From IMG/VR virus record IMGVR_UViG_3300025120_000032: a stretch of 64,000 nt of DNA; one strand, 5' to 3'. Under the pieces are notes generated by a model. That model saw nothing but the letters and a program-made list of their open reading frames with translations, made no database searches and was not told the origin of the DNA. Origin of the DNA: an uncultured virus (IMG/VR IMGVR_UViG_3300025120_000032) (lineage: Duplodnaviria > Heunggongvirae > Uroviricota > Caudoviricetes). Every line of letters starts with the position of its first letter. Position 1 is the first letter of the stretch. This document shows positions 1-9,539 of this stretch, piece after piece. Made by a program: the position numbers and the translations under genes.

Positions 1-136
1 TCAGAAAACGTTTAGATCCGTCTACTTTAGTTATGTCTATAGTATAATACACATATCCAGCTTTGTCCAGCATTTCTTTTATAATATCACAGTAGCCACA
101 TAGAGGTTGTGTATAAAGTCTTATTTCTTGTTCCAT
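1..136 (-). CDS. Glutaredoxin (NrdH/NrdC-like), 3' end runs off the window
   Basis: Not in the ORF track. My translation from ATG at 136 is MEQEIRLYTQPLCGYCDIIKEMLDKAGYVYYTIDITKVDGSKRFL, with a CxxC (CGYC) after a 'LYT' strand as in glutaredoxins. Confidence 0.8.
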   Translation of the reverse strand, partial: MEQEIRLYTQPLCGYCDIIKEMLDKAGYVYYTIDITKVDGSKRFL

Positions 137-426
137 AAGTGTTCCTCATTATACTTTACAAGACTGTTCGCAAACTTAGCAAAAGCCTTTATGGTTTCTA
201 TTTCTGTGCCAGTTGCACTCATAATCTCTAGTTTTTCATCCTCTGTTACACCATGCTTGATTGCCCAATGCATATGTATGTCATGACAATATATACAATC
301 ATTCTCCTTGCTTGTAATAGCAAATAGGTATTCTCTCTGACCCCTAGTATATTCTGACATTGCACCATTTACTATTACATAGTGTAATGTAGGAATAAGA
401 AATGCCTCTTGTTCTTTACTAAACAT
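121..426 (-). CDS. AhpD/carboxymuconolactone decarboxylase-like protein
   Basis: REYLFAITSKENDCIYCHDIH resembles the AhpD-family E...CxYCxxxH motif. Confidence 0.7.
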   Translation of the reverse strand: MFSKEQEAFLIPTLHYVIVNGAMSEYTRGQREYLFAITSKENDCIYCHDIHMHWAIKHGVTEDEKLEIMSATGTEIETIKAFAKFANSLVKYNEEHLWNKK

Positions 427-430
427 AGGA

Positions 431-1027
431 TTAAATCTTATTAAAATTTAGCACAAAAGAATGGTCATGTATTGTTTCTGATGGATTTGTGCTATAATAA
501 TGAATATTTTGAATTAAACCTTTTACTTTTACACCATAGATACCATACATAATATATCCTAACTTTGGTGTTTTACGGTTAGTGCGCCACTTGTTTTCTT
601 TTACTCCATTTGCTTCAACGTGTCTAGTAAAATATATAGTATCAATACCCTGTTCAGCAAAAAAAGGTTTTAAGTTATTTTTAAAGTTATCTCCTTCTAG
701 TTTCCAAAACTTAAAACCTAAAAGAAAATTATTTTGATCAGTGTTATAGGCTCTCAGTTTTCTTATAACTCTACCATCTACTTGCGGAGTTTTTTTAAAA
801 AAATAACCATATGTAGGTTTGTCGTTGACTAGATATAATGCCGTATAGTCTCTATCATAGTCTATCATACGATCATATGTAAAAGGGTTGTCATCAAGTT
901 GACTAAGGTTGTTTTTAGATGCTAAACTACAAGCATTCCACACCCACTCCTCAACATAGTTATCATTTTTATTATCAGTAAGAAGATATTTTACATTCGG
1001 AAGATTAGTATCAAATAACCTTTTCAA
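431..1027 (-). CDS. Hypothetical protein (possibly GNAT-like fold)
   Basis: 198-aa ORF overlapping its upstream neighbour. The fold guess is weak. Confidence 0.55.
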   Translation of the reverse strand: MKRLFDTNLPNVKYLLTDNKNDNYVEEWVWNACSLASKNNLSQLDDNPFTYDRMIDYDRDYTALYLVNDKPTYGYFFKKTPQVDGRVIRKLRAYNTDQNNFLLGFKFWKLEGDNFKNNLKPFFAEQGIDTIYFTRHVEANGVKENKWRTNRKTPKLGYIMYGIYGVKVKGLIQNIHYYSTNPSETIHDHSFVLNFNKI

Positions 1028-2009
1028 TAATCTGATTCCTTTTTACTTTACGTAGATTATCATCAATAGCAATGCTATCAACTTTCTTTGGAACAACCTC
1101 ATAACCACAAACATGATCTTTAATAAAGTTTTTAATATTCATATCACCAGTGAAATAAACTACACATTGCTTGCTGACTTTTCTACACAGTGCTAAACTT
1201 GCACCATTTTCTATAGCAACTTTTTCTATCTGTTCTGGATATACTCTATCACCACAGTTCTCCATTTTAAATGCGTTGTGTTGACGCCCTGCAAAGAAGA
1301 ACTCACCTTTACTATTATATTCTATAAGGTCTCCACTATTCCACCATTCATCCTGATCTTTATACTTACAAGCAAACTCTATAGATCCATCTTCATGATT
1401 AATGTTCTTATAGTCTATCATAGGATTTATATCATTGAAGTGATAAATGTCTTGCTGTTCAGTGGACATGATTAGGGGTGGAACCTCTGTGCTTCCATAA
1501 GCTGTGTTAACTTGTTGCGCTCCTTTAGACCTTAGATCTTCCATCATACCATTAGGAGTAACATCACTTCCTACTTGAAGTTGTTGTACACCACTAAGAT
1601 CCAAACTCTTCCATGACTTATGCCTGTGCCAAGTCTTCCACACATTAGGTAACATAAGAGAGTGAGTTGGATTTATTTCTCGTATTCTATTAGGATAATC
1701 TGATACTGTTGTTTCAACGAAAACATCACAATTTGCTAACGCACAAGGATATAGACTCATAGAGGTAAAGCCAATGCCTCTTGGATTATACAGAGCCATC
1801 ATAGTGCTATTTGAACTTAAACCAAATGCTTCAGCATTGTACTCAGCAATCTTATGCATAAGTTTACTATCATGCTTAAAGGTCTTAGGCTTACCAGTTG
1901 TTCCACTAGTGCTTACAGTTATGTTCCAATTTTCTAAATAATTTATGACTGACGATCTAACATGATCATTATCACTTTCAAGATATTCTATACTATCAAT
2001 GTAAATCAT
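1011..2009 (-). CDS. Adenylate-forming (ANL/AMP-binding) enzyme, N-terminally shortened
   Basis: Core motifs STSGTTGKPK (P-loop), AYGSTE, SGDL, GR..AFK...G.RVYPEQIE and a C-terminal Lys (KVKR). Confidence 0.85.
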   Translation of the reverse strand: MIYIDSIEYLESDNDHVRSSVINYLENWNITVSTSGTTGKPKTFKHDSKLMHKIAEYNAEAFGLSSNSTMMALYNPRGIGFTSMSLYPCALANCDVFVETTVSDYPNRIREINPTHSLMLPNVWKTWHRHKSWKSLDLSGVQQLQVGSDVTPNGMMEDLRSKGAQQVNTAYGSTEVPPLIMSTEQQDIYHFNDINPMIDYKNINHEDGSIEFACKYKDQDEWWNSGDLIEYNSKGEFFFAGRQHNAFKMENCGDRVYPEQIEKVAIENGASLALCRKVSKQCVVYFTGDMNIKNFIKDHVCGYEVVPKKVDSIAIDDNLRKVKRNQIIEKVI

Positions 2010-3648
2010 TTTCTAAAACCTCTGAAGGTGTTGCACCATTATACATTTTTTCTCTTAAGTAATCATATACATTGGGTGCATAATTAGATAAAGCTTCACC
2101 TTTATTTTTTATAAAGTCAAAGTTTACTTTTGCAAGTGGCATGAGAGATTCTTTTATTTTAATATCACAATTCTTATCAAAGCGATCTAGGTATAACTGT
2201 TGTTGCGCCCATTGATAATCTAAAAACATATTACGACCAGTGTAACCTCTTGGAGATCTATATTCTTGCCAGTTCTTTATGGCATCTTCTGTGTTGTTCC
2301 CCCATTTTTTCCACATAGGAGAGTCTTTTCTTTTCGACAAAGTAAAATGATAACTAATAAAATCTGAGATTTGTTTTTCTAATTTTTGCTGTTGTCTACT
2401 GTAGCTTTTTTTAGCTATCTCTGGTATATCTTTATGTTTATACTTCTCCAGTACCTGATCAAGAATCTGAATACAACTTTGTGCTACGTAAATACTGTTG
2501 GCTTCCATGGGATCTACAAACCCTTGACTCATACCCACACCAACAACATTATTTATCCATGCATCTTCATACCAACCTGATTCCCACTGAATCAATCTTG
2601 GGTCTTTTACAAAGTCGTAACCATCCCAATACTTAATAAACCTTTCTCTAGCTGAATCGGGATCTTCGGAGTTTTTATCAAAAATATAACCAGATCCCAT
2701 TCGACTGTATAACGGAATAATAAAATTCCAACCATTCTTTTGAGCATAACTTTGTGTGTACGGCTTCATTTCATTGTAAGGATCTTTATATTTTATAGGA
2801 GCAACTATCGCAGATTGCGTAGGTAGATGGGTTAACTGCTTCCACTTAGTAGGCATTTGTTTCATTAGCAATCTGTGAAACCCAGTACAGTCAACAAAAA
2901 TGTCACCTTCAATATTACTGCCATCTTTTAAATCTAATGAAACCACATCACCATTGTCAGATTTGTTTACATTCTGAACATAGCCTTTTATCCATTTAAC
3001 ACCAAGAGGGGAAGCAACCTGTTCTCTTACAATAATAGGAAATCTTTCAGCATCAACGTGCCAAGCATAAGTTTTTAAATCACCTAAAAGTAAATCGTTA
3101 TCCATATCATATGGCGATTTATTTTTCATGGCTAGGTAATATTGATCAGAAGTGTATTCAGCAACATCTTCTACTGAAATCTTACCTTCTCTGACTAGCT
3201 GTAAGGCATAGTCATAGCTTTTATTATCAATACCATAACTACCATCATTATCGTATAAGTAATCTTCTTCTATTATTTTGTTTTGAAAAGATTTCTTAAA
3301 CACACCATCTCTATGTGTTATAGAGAAGTGATAAAATTGTTGTTCGGATTTAGGTGCATTCCAATGATCAGTGACATGATTCTTAGGAGTCTCACTATTC
3401 CAACCAACAAAATGATTACCTAACTTGTAAACGGATCTAGTTCCTTTCATCCATTTATTTTCATCGACTTCTAACCAACGTAACATATCCCCAAGATGAG
3501 GGATAGTGCTTTCTCCAACACCTAAAATAGGTACATCAGGAGACTCTACTAAAGTAATTTTAAGATCGTTTTTACTATGTCTTTTTGCTAGTAATGATGC
3601 AGTAAACCATCCAGTAACTCCACCGCCTAAGATTACTAAGTTTCTCAT
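1996..3648 (-). CDS. prnA: Tryptophan halogenase-like flavin-dependent enzyme
   Basis: ILGGGVTGW FAD motif, GVGESTIP, YKLGNHFVGW (catalytic Lys position), FVDCTGF, GWNFIIPL (WxWxIP variant), FVDPMEA. Confidence 0.88.
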   Translation of the reverse strand: MRNLVILGGGVTGWFTASLLAKRHSKNDLKITLVESPDVPILGVGESTIPHLGDMLRWLEVDENKWMKGTRSVYKLGNHFVGWNSETPKNHVTDHWNAPKSEQQFYHFSITHRDGVFKKSFQNKIIEEDYLYDNDGSYGIDNKSYDYALQLVREGKISVEDVAEYTSDQYYLAMKNKSPYDMDNDLLLGDLKTYAWHVDAERFPIIVREQVASPLGVKWIKGYVQNVNKSDNGDVVSLDLKDGSNIEGDIFVDCTGFHRLLMKQMPTKWKQLTHLPTQSAIVAPIKYKDPYNEMKPYTQSYAQKNGWNFIIPLYSRMGSGYIFDKNSEDPDSARERFIKYWDGYDFVKDPRLIQWESGWYEDAWINNVVGVGMSQGFVDPMEANSIYVAQSCIQILDQVLEKYKHKDIPEIAKKSYSRQQQKLEKQISDFISYHFTLSKRKDSPMWKKWGNNTEDAIKNWQEYRSPRGYTGRNMFLDYQWAQQQLYLDRFDKNCDIKIKESLMPLAKVNFDFIKNKGEALSNYAPNVYDYLREKMYNGATPSEVLENDLH

Positions 3649-4166
3649 ACGTCTTCCTTAAACCAAGTTATTAGAACGAGCCTTCTTCCTGAGAATACTT
3701 CTTCAACCCCATGATACATTTCTCCACCATACATCAAACTATCTCCATTTTCTAGTGGCCCGGGTATCATTTTATGATAGTCTAAACTCTGTTTAGTTTT
3801 TGCAAAGTAGGCTTCACCACCTACCAAATCCTGACTTAAATCTATCATAGTAATAACTGAACAGTCTGATGCGTCAGGATTATCGGTATGTCCTTTCGCC
3901 CAAGAACCTTCTACGTAGTCACAAAGAAAAGCGTTTCTACAAGATGAGAGTTTCATTCTCGTAGTAGTCTCTGCGGCAAGTTGAACCCTATCTACCATTT
4001 CTGCTTGTATAGGATCTTCGTAATCTATGTTGTTTTGCCAAACTTTACGAAGATTATAGTTTTTTTCGTGGTATGTTTTATCCTCTTCAAAATAGTCTAT
4101 AAGATATGTTCTAGCTGACTGTGATAAAACATCTGTAGCCCATCCTAAATTATTATGTTCTATCAT
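3645..4166 (-). CDS. 2OG-Fe(II) oxygenase (prolyl-hydroxylase-like)
   Basis: HTD...GGEAYF...HGVEEVFSGRRLVLITWF matches the HxD...H...R signature. Confidence 0.8.
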   Translation of the reverse strand: MIEHNNLGWATDVLSQSARTYLIDYFEEDKTYHEKNYNLRKVWQNNIDYEDPIQAEMVDRVQLAAETTTRMKLSSCRNAFLCDYVEGSWAKGHTDNPDASDCSVITMIDLSQDLVGGEAYFAKTKQSLDYHKMIPGPLENGDSLMYGGEMYHGVEEVFSGRRLVLITWFKEDV

Positions 4167-5098
4167 TTAAACCTCACTTGAGACATTATCTCTGTCATCG
4201 ATGCAACTATATTTAGCTCGTGATCAGCAACGAATGCGTCCTTATATTGATAGTCTGCGAGAATAAGAATAAGTTGTGGGATGCTTTGAGGCTCGACATA
4301 TTCGCTAACGTTGTCATACAATGCCCTAAAGATTGCATTGGTATCCATGTCCATGTTGTCTACAACCCAACGCCGCATAGCCTTAAAGTTTTTATCTTTA
4401 AGTGAAGAGACTAGACCTGATATATCATTTCCACTAGTACTTGATACAGCATTAATGTTACCGCTACCGCCTATGGATAATCTCTGTGCTTCGTTGAGAA
4501 CTCTACGCCAATCAGGAGCGTGTTTCATAACTAGATCTATAGAAGCCTTCTGATCGACCTTAACACCTTCTTCTGATAGTATGTTTAAGAACCTCTTGTG
4601 AAACTGTGCCGCAAGTTGAGCAAGACCTTTCTTGGTTGTATTGAACTCATACACACCACAGCGTGAGTGGAGTGGTTCTATGATACGATTCTTAAAGTTA
4701 CAAGTAAGTATAAACCTACAGTTATTACTGAACTCTTCGATAAAAGCACGTAAGGCTGGTTGAGTTGATTGTGGGTTGAGATAGTCGGCTTCATCTAGAA
4801 TGACAACCTTGTAGCCACCTTGTAATGATATAGAAGATGCAAACTGCTTGATCTTACCACGTAGGGTATCAATGTTACCTTCTTCAGATCCGTTGATTAG
4901 AATGTAGTCAAGGTCAAGTTCATTACATAAGGCTTTGGCTACAGTGGTCTTACCAAGTCCAGCCGTTCCAGTAAAAAGCATATTGGGAAGTTCTTTGGTA
5001 GATACGACTGCTTTGAAGGTATCCTTTAATTCCTTTGGTAGTATACAGTCACCAATAGTCTGTGGGCGATACTTTTCTACCCATAAAAATTCATTCAT
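4163..5098 (-). CDS. g44: Clamp loader large subunit gp44
   Basis: LWVEKYRP, Walker A GTAGLGKTT, ILDEAD, SRC motif; near gp45. Confidence 0.95.
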   Translation of the reverse strand: MNEFLWVEKYRPQTIGDCILPKELKDTFKAVVSTKELPNMLFTGTAGLGKTTVAKALCNELDLDYILINGSEEGNIDTLRGKIKQFASSISLQGGYKVVILDEADYLNPQSTQPALRAFIEEFSNNCRFILTCNFKNRIIEPLHSRCGVYEFNTTKKGLAQLAAQFHKRFLNILSEEGVKVDQKASIDLVMKHAPDWRRVLNEAQRLSIGGSGNINAVSSTSGNDISGLVSSLKDKNFKAMRRWVVDNMDMDTNAIFRALYDNVSEYVEPQSIPQLILILADYQYKDAFVADHELNIVASMTEIMSQVRFK

Positions 5099-5102
5099 CT
5101 TA

Positions 5103-5615
5103 CTACCCCATCAAATCCATAATATTATTATACACTACTTCGTAAGGTTCGTCAACTATTGACAACTTAAAAAGTATCCTATCTTCACTGCCATTCCATA
5201 CACCATGAGGTAAACTGGTATTCAGTAATGCTGTTTTATATTCGTACGTATTACCAGACTGCTCAAAACTAACTGGAGCGGGTTTACCTGATAAGATAAA
5301 GTTTATTCCACAAGTAAGATCAGGGTCAACATGATAAGGTAAAACAGTATTAGCCTTAAGAAAAAAAAATCTAGGTTTAGCTTTTACACCAAACAAGTCC
5401 ATCAATGTCTGAGGATATTCTTCAAGCTCTACTTTAGATACTTTGAAGACATCTCTATCTTCCTCAGAAGATTTGCTTTTGGTTACTCTTTTTAACGTTT
5501 CAGCATCATAATCTTTACCCCAACTTCTTGCCTTTGATTTGTATTTTTCATGCCATAGTCTTAAAAGTTTAGCACGATCAAAATTTAAATTAAAGGCAAG
5601 AAATTCTTTGTTCAT
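5103..5615 (-). CDS. Putative 2OG-Fe(II)/cupin oxygenase
   Basis: LPYHVD...LLNTSLPHGVWN...DRILFKLS has HxD...H...R spacing. Confidence 0.6.
   Translation of the reverse strand: MNKEFLAFNLNFDRAKLLRLWHEKYKSKARSWGKDYDAETLKRVTKSKSSEEDRDVFKVSKVELEEYPQTLMDLFGVKAKPRFFFLKANTVLPYHVDPDLTCGINFILSGKPAPVSFEQSGNTYEYKTALLNTSLPHGVWNGSEDRILFKLSIVDEPYEVVYNNIMDLMG
5127..5155 (-). promoter_or_regulatory. Sigma70-type promoter driving gp44 and the downstream enzyme cluster
   Basis: Minus strand TTGACG-N17-TATAAT, about 30 nt upstream of the gp44 ATG and inside the 3' end of the upstream ORF. Confidence 0.75.
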
Positions 5616-5845
5616 TAATCAGAGTCTGCCGCCGCATCTTGCTGATACGTCTCAGCCATCTGAATGAGTTGCACTGACTGATCACGTAGTTGACCTAGTG
5701 TGGATAACTCTTCACCCTTAACGGCACCACGTTGGACCATAGTATCAATCACTGCTACAGTTGAACGGCATACTCGACTTGCCATATCGTATACTGGAGC
5801 ATGAGATTCATGCGCCAACTTCACTTCGTCTTCTTGTTTAGCCAT
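5615..5845 (-). CDS. Hypothetical protein
   Basis: 76-aa ORF with a GGAG SD, packed between gp45 and the oxygenase. Confidence 0.65.
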   Translation of the reverse strand: MAKQEDEVKLAHESHAPVYDMASRVCRSTVAVIDTMVQRGAVKGEELSTLGQLRDQSVQLIQMAETYQQDAAADSD

Positions 5846-5848
5846 TTT

Positions 5849-6523
5849 TTATTCTCCGTAAGTTGATGACTTTTCTAATGCAACCCAATACTTTAGGGTT
5901 GCGTCTGAGTTACTAAACTCAGAAATAAGTTTTGATGATATTTTAACCTTGTAATCGTCAGAGACCATCTTAAGATTGTTGATATTTATAACGAATTTAA
6001 ATACGTCTTTGTTGTATCCCCCATCTACTACTACTGCATAAGTGTTAGCAGTGCTATTCTCAGGATCATTCACTGATAACTTGATAGCACCATCGTCTGC
6101 TTCAATAACCATCTGTCCATGCCCAAAGATACTTGCCGCACGTTTTAGACCATTGAGTGTATTCATATCCAAGTCAAACCAGACATCTGCCTCTGGCATT
6201 TCGATTGGTTTAGTAGGACTTGTCAACATCTCTGTATCAGCATAATAATACTTAATAAGTTCTCTACCAGACTGACCATTGATATTCATGAAGTTATCTT
6301 CAAACCTAACGCTAGGAGTATCAACTAGTCCTAGCATATTTAGAAACTCAGATAGATCGTAAATACCTACAACATCATCAAAGGTTTCTTTTACTTGTGC
6401 TTCCGCTAAGATGTTCTTAGCTTCAGATATAGTCATTATCTTATTCCCCGGCCTAATGACTATGTTAGCATTAATGTTTGAGAAGTTCTTTAGCACATTC
6501 ACTGTTTCTGCACTGATTTCCAT
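5849..6523 (-). CDS. g45: Sliding clamp gp45
   Basis: LKNFSNIN, GIYDLSEFL, YWVALE motifs; synteny with gp46 and gp44. Confidence 0.93.
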   Translation of the reverse strand: MEISAETVNVLKNFSNINANIVIRPGNKIMTISEAKNILAEAQVKETFDDVVGIYDLSEFLNMLGLVDTPSVRFEDNFMNINGQSGRELIKYYYADTEMLTSPTKPIEMPEADVWFDLDMNTLNGLKRAASIFGHGQMVIEADDGAIKLSVNDPENSTANTYAVVVDGGYNKDVFKFVININNLKMVSDDYKVKISSKLISEFSNSDATLKYWVALEKSSTYGE

Positions 6524-6765
6524 TATAAAATTTCCTTTTTCACTATTGGTAGGCTTGCGGCCTCTAATAAACTTTCAGACGAGCAATCAAATTGAAGTCT
6601 GTAATATTCATTGGACATATAGTCCATCCACTTTCCTTCTGATCTCATCGATTCACATTCTGTTTGAGTCATGGGATAGTTTAAGACATACTGATTGCCA
6701 ATATATAGCCACTCATTCATTTCTGTCTTGCCCCACATACTTATGACCAAGAAAAACATTTCCAT
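6523..6765 (-). CDS. Hypothetical protein
   Basis: 80-aa ORF with overlapping start/stop codons on both sides. Confidence 0.6.
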   Translation of the reverse strand: MEMFFLVISMWGKTEMNEWLYIGNQYVLNYPMTQTECESMRSEGKWMDYMSNEYYRLQFDCSSESLLEAASLPIVKKEIL

Positions 6766-8477
6766 TATTTTATCCTACTAAAGTTTTTGTCTTTGTATAT
6801 TTCTATTTTATTCTCGAACCTATTCTCCATCATCTCACCTTTATGTGATATGACAAATACATTGGTATCGTTGTCTAAACTATATATGATTTTCATAAGA
6901 TTGTCAACCCCTTCATGATCTAAAGAAGAATCAAATGTCTCATCAAGTATAAGTAGATTAGTAGCAACACTATTCTTCATCTTGGCTATGTGCCGCCATG
7001 TAAATAGTAATGATAGATCTATACGTGACTTCTCACCTTCTGAGAATGATTGATATGAAAAGTTATCTCTATGTCTAGATCTAATAGTTTCTTGAAATGA
7101 TTCGTCTAGGTTAAATGACACAAAGAAGTCTAGTGTCTGTAAATACCTATTGACAAGCATATTAATAACTGGTAAGTATTCTTTCACAATCTTAGTCTTG
7201 ATGCCAGTGTCTTTAAGCATTTCACCTATAACAATATTATAATTGGATTGCTCATTTAATATTAGTTTCTCTTCCACCAAAGAATCACGATTGTCTGAAA
7301 GAGTGGTAAGCTCACCATTCGCTTCGTCCATATCTATGTTGTGATCAAGTTTACCTATCTCTTTTTGAGTGCGATCAATAGAAGATTGAAACTGTGATAT
7401 AGATTGGTTGTTTACTGCTAGTTCATTCTGTTTCTGTCTACAAGTTTCTATTATTTGAGCGGCAGATACTAATGCTGATTGGGCTGATAATAGTTCTTCG
7501 TCAGCCTTACTAGATGCAGTCTGAAGTTCTTTGGCTCTTTCCTTACCTTTAAACACATGATCTTTTTTAGTATCTTCTGTGATAGGTTGAGTGCAAGTAG
7601 GACATATATCATTAGTCTCAAAGAACTGTACTTCTTTCACAAGCTTCTTTATTTCTGTGCCAAACTTAGTCTTATACTTCTCAAGAGATTTTATTTCACC
7701 TTCACGTTTTGCTTTCTCTTCATCAGCAAAAGGAAGATACTGTTGAATGCTATCACTTAGTTCAGTATTCTTTCCGTTGAGAGTTTTGATTTCATTCTGG
7801 CAATCTGCAATGAGTTCGAGTTTCGCTTCTTTCTGTTCTTTGTTGATTGATTTAATATCTTTAATATACTTTTTCTGCGCCTCAAGTTGCGTCTGATTAA
7901 CAGTGCTTTGATGGGCAACATCTTTCATCTGATCCTTTAGTGTGCTATGTTTTGTTTTCAGTAAACCATTCATCTTTGAGAATACATTAATGTCCAGAAG
8001 ATCCTCAATAACATCTCTACGATTAGGTGATGAGAGTTGCATAAAAGGAATGAATGAAGACGATCCCAACACTACAATCTGGTGAAAGCTTTTATGATTA
8101 AGCTTCAAGATGTTTTGCTCAAGGATCTTCTGGTAGTCTTTTGCATGAGAAGACTGATCTATAAGTTCTCCATTATGCATTATCTCAAATATATTAGGCT
8201 TTATACCTCTACGAATAAGGTAATCAGAACCATGCACAGTAAACTCTACTTCAACCATACTATCCTTATTGTTTATAGAATTGACTAGTTGAGGTTTAGA
8301 TATGTTACGATGAGCCTTGCCGAATAGGGCAAACGACAACGCATCAAGCATTGTAGATTTACCAGCCCCATTATGGCCTATAACTAACGTAGATTTGTGG
8401 GCTGTAAAATCAACCTTAGTAAAGTTATTACCCGTACTAAGGAAGTTCTTCCATGCCAAAGTTTTAAATATAATCAT
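6765..8477 (-). CDS. g46: Recombination endonuclease ATPase subunit gp46 (SbcC/Rad50-like)
   Basis: GHNGAGKS, CPTC zinc hook, FSEGEK signature, LILDE. Confidence 0.95.
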   Translation of the reverse strand: MIIFKTLAWKNFLSTGNNFTKVDFTAHKSTLVIGHNGAGKSTMLDALSFALFGKAHRNISKPQLVNSINNKDSMVEVEFTVHGSDYLIRRGIKPNIFEIMHNGELIDQSSHAKDYQKILEQNILKLNHKSFHQIVVLGSSSFIPFMQLSSPNRRDVIEDLLDINVFSKMNGLLKTKHSTLKDQMKDVAHQSTVNQTQLEAQKKYIKDIKSINKEQKEAKLELIADCQNEIKTLNGKNTELSDSIQQYLPFADEEKAKREGEIKSLEKYKTKFGTEIKKLVKEVQFFETNDICPTCTQPITEDTKKDHVFKGKERAKELQTASSKADEELLSAQSALVSAAQIIETCRQKQNELAVNNQSISQFQSSIDRTQKEIGKLDHNIDMDEANGELTTLSDNRDSLVEEKLILNEQSNYNIVIGEMLKDTGIKTKIVKEYLPVINMLVNRYLQTLDFFVSFNLDESFQETIRSRHRDNFSYQSFSEGEKSRIDLSLLFTWRHIAKMKNSVATNLLILDETFDSSLDHEGVDNLMKIIYSLDNDTNVFVISHKGEMMENRFENKIEIYKDKNFSRIK

Positions 8478-9539
8478 TTATGCTATCTCTAAAGACTGTG
8501 CCTCTATCATGAGCGAAGACATTTCTTGTTTGATTCGGTCTTTATCCAAATCAGTGTCTACTGCATCTACATAAGTATACAACAATTCTGAAGTATCTTC
8601 AACCGAAATATCATCATCTTTGACATTTTTTCCAATAAATTCATCAAAGTTCTCAGCAATCTTTAGTTCTAGAATCTTACAAGACTGAACCTTATCGACA
8701 AACCTGTCAAACTCATATGGATTAGACTTATTAATAACAACTATCTTTACAAACTTGTTATCTACCTGATCTAGATTATATTCCAGATAGTTATCCCTGC
8801 TATCGTCATAACGAATGCGATGAAATAAAGTATGAGGATTTCGAATAGCTTGAAGATCACGGGTCTTCGTATCCAAGACATGAAAGAATTTATTATCGTG
8901 TGCATCATTCCAGAAGAACTCCATTTGTGATCCAAGGTACTTGATATTACCTTGTGCTGACTTAGTGTGAAAATGTCCTGATAGGACTTGTTCGAATCTC
9001 TGGAAGACCTTACGATCAAGACCACCATCAAACTTTATGCCCTTCATCATTTCATAGCCATTGATCTCAAAGTGACCAGCAAGCCAATCACACTTTGCAG
9101 ACTCTAAAAACTTTAAAGTTGTCTCTTCATTCTCATCATCAATCCAAGGAACTAATCCTAAACTAAAGCCATCGTATTCCATCACAGTGGGTTCATGGAT
9201 AATATTGATCTCATTCATGTAGTGACCAAGAAGTTCCTTCAGAGAGTTTAACTCACCAGTATTTTTGTAGAAGGTGTCGTGGTTTCCCCTGATAATGTCC
9301 ATAGTGATTCCAAGTTCTCGAAGAGGTTGGAGAAAATGTTTTCTATTACAGTTAAGTGCTCTAAAATTAATGTATTTCCTATTATCGTAATAATCGCCCA
9401 AGTGAACAATATGATTAATGTTGTTTTCCACAAGATACGGAAAAAAGGTATCAGTATAGAATTTATCAGCATTGGCAATAAACAAATCGCTACTATTACG
9501 TATGCCACAGTGAGTATCATTTAATATCGCAATCTTCAT
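8478..9539 (-). CDS. g47: Recombination endonuclease subunit gp47 (SbcD/Mre11-like)
   Basis: DTHCG, HLGD, GNHD, SGHFH metallophosphoesterase motifs. Confidence 0.95.
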   Translation of the reverse strand: MKIAILNDTHCGIRNSSDLFIANADKFYTDTFFPYLVENNINHIVHLGDYYDNRKYINFRALNCNRKHFLQPLRELGITMDIIRGNHDTFYKNTGELNSLKELLGHYMNEINIIHEPTVMEYDGFSLGLVPWIDDENEETTLKFLESAKCDWLAGHFEINGYEMMKGIKFDGGLDRKVFQRFEQVLSGHFHTKSAQGNIKYLGSQMEFFWNDAHDNKFFHVLDTKTRDLQAIRNPHTLFHRIRYDDSRDNYLEYNLDQVDNKFVKIVVINKSNPYEFDRFVDKVQSCKILELKIAENFDEFIGKNVKDDDISVEDTSELLYTYVDAVDTDLDKDRIKQEMSSLMIEAQSLEIA

